A stretch of 64,000 nt of DNA. It comes from Candidatus Versatilivorator sp. (GTDB lineage Bacteria > Acidobacteriota > Terriglobia > Versatilivoradales > Versatilivoraceae). A program made the translations under genes and the position numbers. The notes beneath the pieces were generated by a model that saw nothing but the letters and a program-made list of their open reading frames with translations, had not been told where the DNA came from and searched no databases. The DNA is taken from NCBI GenBank assembly GCA_965207735.1, contig OZ242296.1, forward strand, positions 2,240,001-2,304,000, in the 5' to 3' direction. Below, one piece after another: positions 60,703 through 64,000 of the stretch (its first letter is position 1; each line of letters begins with the position of its first letter).

Positions 60703-62628
60703 TCACTCGGCCACCGTCACCAGGGCTTCCGCCAGCGGTCCCTGGGTGACGCCGTCCACGACGATCTCGGCCGTCATCAAGCGGCGCACTCCGTCGGCGG
60801 CCTCGGGGGCGGTGGCCGACAGTCGGACCTCACCCTTCCCCCCGGCAGGCAGTGCAAGCTCGGAGAACTCGCTACGGGCGCTCCATCCGTCGGGAGGTAT
60901 CAGGCGCGCCTGGAAGGTGGCTTCGGTTTCCAGGTTGTTGCGGAGCAGCAGCCGGTATTCCAGAGACTGCCCCGGCTTGACCTCGGCCAGGTAGGGCAGC
61001 ATCCGCGCCCAGAACAGGTCGATGTACTTGTCGCTGGGTTCGGCCACCAGGTTCCGGAAGACCCGCTCCTTGCGGTTAATGAAGTCCGAGTACTCCCGCA
61101 ACAGCGAGGGGTCGCACTTCCAGACTCCAATGTGACCGGGACAGATCAGGTCGGGGGCCACCTGGTTCATGACCTCGATGCAGCGGCGGTGCATGTCGAG
61201 CTGAAAGCTGTTGCGCAGCACCGTGGTCTGATAGGGCCTGGTCTCCGCCTTGCCGGCGACCAGCGCTTCCTGCAGGAAGTAATTGTCGCCGGTGAAGGCC
61301 ACCCACTGGCCGTCGATCTCCCCGCTCAGGACCGAGTGGTACTCGGTCTGGCCGGGGGCGAAGTGGATGTCGAAGGTGTACTCCTCCCAGTCGAACCGCT
61401 CCCGGTCGCTCAGGGTCCGGTCGATGCGGATGGGCTTGTGGAAGGTGCAGGGGGTGGAGCTCCAGGCGGCGGGGTCGGCCAGAACCTGGGCCACCGCATC
61501 CAGGGCCCAGCAGCGGGTGCCGTAGAACTGCTGCAGGTGAGGGATGCCGCAGGTGTGGTCGTCGTGGATATGGGTGGGAATCGCCAGGTCCAGGGTGTGC
61601 ACCCCGTACTCCTTGCGGAGCTGCTTGAGATGGTGCTCGATGAACCGCATCACCTCCAGCCCGTTGTGGTCGGCGAAGGTGTGCATGTGGGGATGGAAGG
61701 CGTGGCCGTAGTCGACGAACAGCGCCTTTCCCGAATCGGAGAGGATCACGTAGAAGAAGGAACAGGTCCAGGAGCCTCCCCAGAGGAGGTGTTTGGAAAG
61801 CTCCACGAACCTGGGCTCGGGCAGGTAGAGCATCTCGGGAATGCTCTCCCTCCCGCCGACCCGCATGCCCCGGCCCAACGAGACCAGTTGAAGCAGGGAC
61901 TTCTCCAGTCGGTCGATGTCGCCCACTGGGTCTTCGATCGGTCCTCCGTGGGAAGGTAGTCCCAGGGGCGTCCCCGAGACGGAGTGGGTGTGGCCACCCA
62001 CCACTTCCCCGCTGAGCGCGTCCCTCAGGACCTGGATGGACTGCAGGGTGAAGAGGGCGCCGGTCATGTCTCCATAGGTGTATTCCATGGCGTGGAGCTG
62101 GTAGAGCTTGCCCCCGTTCACCATGAGGTCTCCGCTGAAGACCACCAGCCGCCCGTCGATCTCCGCCAGCAGCGCCACCGAGCCTTGCGTGTGCCCCTTG
62201 GCCGGCAGCACGTAAAAGCGGTAGCTGCGCCAGGCAAACTCCTCGTAGTCGTTCAGCGTGGCCGAGACCGGCAGATCCCGGGCCACCGTCAAGAAGTTGT
62301 TGCGGTCGTCATAGTTGTCGTAGACCCGGCGGGTCTGCCAGAACAGCTCGGCCTTCTCGAAGAGATGGCTCTCGTACTGGGGGACCGCCAGCCTGGCCCC
62401 GGCCTCGATCAGCCGGGGGTCGCCCCAGCACTGATCCCGGTGGTGGTGGGTGTGGAGGACCCACTCCACCTTGCTGCAACCGATTTCGGCCAGAGAGTCC
62501 AGCACGGCGCCGGAGCCGGCGTCGATCAGCAGAGCCGACTCGCCGTCCTTGACGACATAGACATTGCAGGTGTCGGTGAAACGGTAGAGATTCTCGGAAA
62601 TTCTTTCCATGGTGGCCATGGGCGTCAC
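60703..62628 (-). CDS. Tandem MBL-fold metallo-hydrolase with C-terminal Ig-like domain
   Basis: THHHRDQ and THIHDDH motifs, GHT, FSGD/FTGD, PGH. Confidence 0.85.
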   Translation of the reverse strand: MTPMATMERISENLYRFTDTCNVYVVKDGESALLIDAGSGAVLDSLAEIGCSKVEWVLHTHHHRDQCWGDPRLIEAGARLAVPQYESHLFEKAELFWQTRRVYDNYDDRNNFLTVARDLPVSATLNDYEEFAWRSYRFYVLPAKGHTQGSVALLAEIDGRLVVFSGDLMVNGGKLYQLHAMEYTYGDMTGALFTLQSIQVLRDALSGEVVGGHTHSVSGTPLGLPSHGGPIEDPVGDIDRLEKSLLQLVSLGRGMRVGGRESIPEMLYLPEPRFVELSKHLLWGGSWTCSFFYVILSDSGKALFVDYGHAFHPHMHTFADHNGLEVMRFIEHHLKQLRKEYGVHTLDLAIPTHIHDDHTCGIPHLQQFYGTRCWALDAVAQVLADPAAWSSTPCTFHKPIRIDRTLSDRERFDWEEYTFDIHFAPGQTEYHSVLSGEIDGQWVAFTGDNYFLQEALVAGKAETRPYQTTVLRNSFQLDMHRRCIEVMNQVAPDLICPGHIGVWKCDPSLLREYSDFINRKERVFRNLVAEPSDKYIDLFWARMLPYLAEVKPGQSLEYRLLLRNNLETEATFQARLIPPDGWSARSEFSELALPAGGKGEVRLSATAPEAADGVRRLMTAEIVVDGVTQGPLAEALVTVAE

Positions 62629-62699
62629 ACTCCCTGAAGATCAAGATTGAGCTGAAATGGCCCGCAGAATACCATCTTCTCCCGGAGCCACCAAGGAGG

Positions 62700-64000
62700 T
62701 CAGGACAGGTTCAGGGCCCGGGACTGCTCCTCGATGGAGGCGAAGAGTTGCCGCTTCTCGGATTGGCTGGGGGTGTTCCGGTAGGCGTTGAGGACTTCCT
62801 TCATGCCCACCAGCCCCTTGTACAAGCCGGCGTTTTCCAGGGGTGGCGTGAGGTAGGAGATCAGCTCGGCGCTGCTGCGGCGCTTGGCGATGGTCCCTTC
62901 GGAAGGATTATTGACGCTGTAGAGGTAGAGATGGGGCATGGCCCCCAAGAGGCGGTCGGGCCAGCAGCCGGAGGAGAGCCCGACCTGCTTGCCCGGCATG
63001 AACTCGGCCGCGCCGTGGGTGCCCACGTGGATGAGGGCGTCGGCACGATAGACCTTCTGCAGGTAGCAGTAGAGGGCCATGAAGCCGTGGTGGGGGGAGC
63101 CTCCCTGGGCCGTCAGCATCCGCATGGGATCGCCCTCGTAGCCAAAGCCGGGTTGGACACCAATGAAGGCGTTCCCCAGCCGGGCGCCCAGAATCATCAG
63201 ATCCCTGCCGGACGCATTGAGGACTCCCGGGGCCGGACCCCACTCCCGCTCGATCTCACTCACGTGGGGACACAGTTTCCGGTACTCCTCCACCGGCATC
63301 CGATAGGCCACGTTGGCCACCGTCCCCCAGGACTGGGAGTTGCCCTCCAGGACCTGGCGGCGAAGTTCCTCCGGGCCCTGCAACCGCGGAATGGCATATC
63401 CCTCGGCCCGGAGCCGGGTCAGCACCTCCAGCAGGCTGGCGAAGACGTCCAGGTCGGCGGCCGTGCCCAGATTCCCCTTGTTGGGAGGAAAGCAGAAGAT
63501 CACCAAAGCCAGTTTCAGGCTGTGGCGGGGAGCGGTCTGCAGGCGGTTCCAGCCGGCCAGCCTGGCGGCAATGAGCCGGCAGCGCTCCGCCAGCGGTTCG
63601 GGCTGGCGGCTCTTGTGGCGCACGCCTCCATACAAGCGGGACTCGGTGGCTCCGTCCAGCTCGGGGATGGCCACCTGCATGGCGGTCTGCACGGGATTCA
63701 GACCCACGCGGCTCTGCTCCCAGCTCTCGATGGTCTGCAGGTCCAGTGAGACCAGGGAGCGGAAGGGAATGCCGAGCTCTCCGAGAAACTCCACCGAGGC
63801 TTCGGTGTCGTTCATCACCGGCCCCCCCACGAAGCTGAACCCGGTCAGCGAAACGATCTGGCTGACCCGCGGACGCGGACGTCCCTCGCCGTTATCAGGG
63901 GGAGAGGCAGTGACACCGTTTCCCTCCTCCAGGAAGTAGGCGCGGCAGGCCTCCCGGTTGTCCATGAAGGTGGAGATGGCCGCCACCACCGACAGTCCCT
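62700..64000 (-). CDS. BchH/ChlH/CobN chelatase large-subunit-like ORF (5' end outside the window; ends mid-family)
   Basis: SLTGFSFVGGP, AIPELDG, FPPNKGNLGTAA.LDVF, QPGFGYEGDPMR, HVGTHG..EFMPGKQ, NNPSEGTIAKRR. Confidence 0.85.
   Translation of the reverse strand, partial: GLSVVAAISTFMDNREACRAYFLEEGNGVTASPPDNGEGRPRPRVSQIVSLTGFSFVGGPVMNDTEASVEFLGELGIPFRSLVSLDLQTIESWEQSRVGLNPVQTAMQVAIPELDGATESRLYGGVRHKSRQPEPLAERCRLIAARLAGWNRLQTAPRHSLKLALVIFCFPPNKGNLGTAADLDVFASLLEVLTRLRAEGYAIPRLQGPEELRRQVLEGNSQSWGTVANVAYRMPVEEYRKLCPHVSEIEREWGPAPGVLNASGRDLMILGARLGNAFIGVQPGFGYEGDPMRMLTAQGGSPHHGFMALYCYLQKVYRADALIHVGTHGAAEFMPGKQVGLSSGCWPDRLLGAMPHLYLYSVNNPSEGTIAKRRSSAELISYLTPPLENAGLYKGLVGMKEVLNAYRNTPSQSEKRQLFASIEEQSRALNLS

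Noticed and set aside
1-64000. tRNA, rRNA, riboswitches, prepilin peptidase, RAYT transposase and integrase
   Set aside because: None recognisable by eye; a covariance-model search would be needed to exclude structured RNAs.

Overview
GC-rich bacterial DNA, most consistent with an Acidobacteriota genome; NHL, FN3 and Sel1 proteins hint at a host-associated (e.g. sponge) lineage, which is inference only. The left 39 kb is an almost uninterrupted minus-strand cluster: Wzt, NDP-sugar enzymes, GT2, methyltransferase and GT4, then ECF sigma/anti-sigma, a type II secretion operon (gspE-F-G-H-I-I-J-K-L-M-C/N-D), and two paralogous secreted acidic ~570-590 aa proteins that look like S-layer subunits. 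One paralog has a near-consensus promoter, a long 5'UTR and a strong terminator. Many intergenic gaps, especially between pseudopilin genes, are filled with arrays of several palindromic repeat families. These coincide with a tandem duplication of gspI, a repeat-derived leader peptide for gspJ, a bracketed GxxExxY remnant, a MITE, and an IS1634 whose empty site is still present in the window. The right part holds rmlBAC, an aldolase, an NCS2 permease, a frameshifted giant M12 protease-FN3-NHL gene flanked by a duplicated feoB 3' end, a split FeoB with two DtxR/MntR proteins, Sel1-TonB, OsmC, a double MBL hydrolase and a half-length BchH/CobN-like ORF. No rRNA, tRNA or CRISPR array was found.
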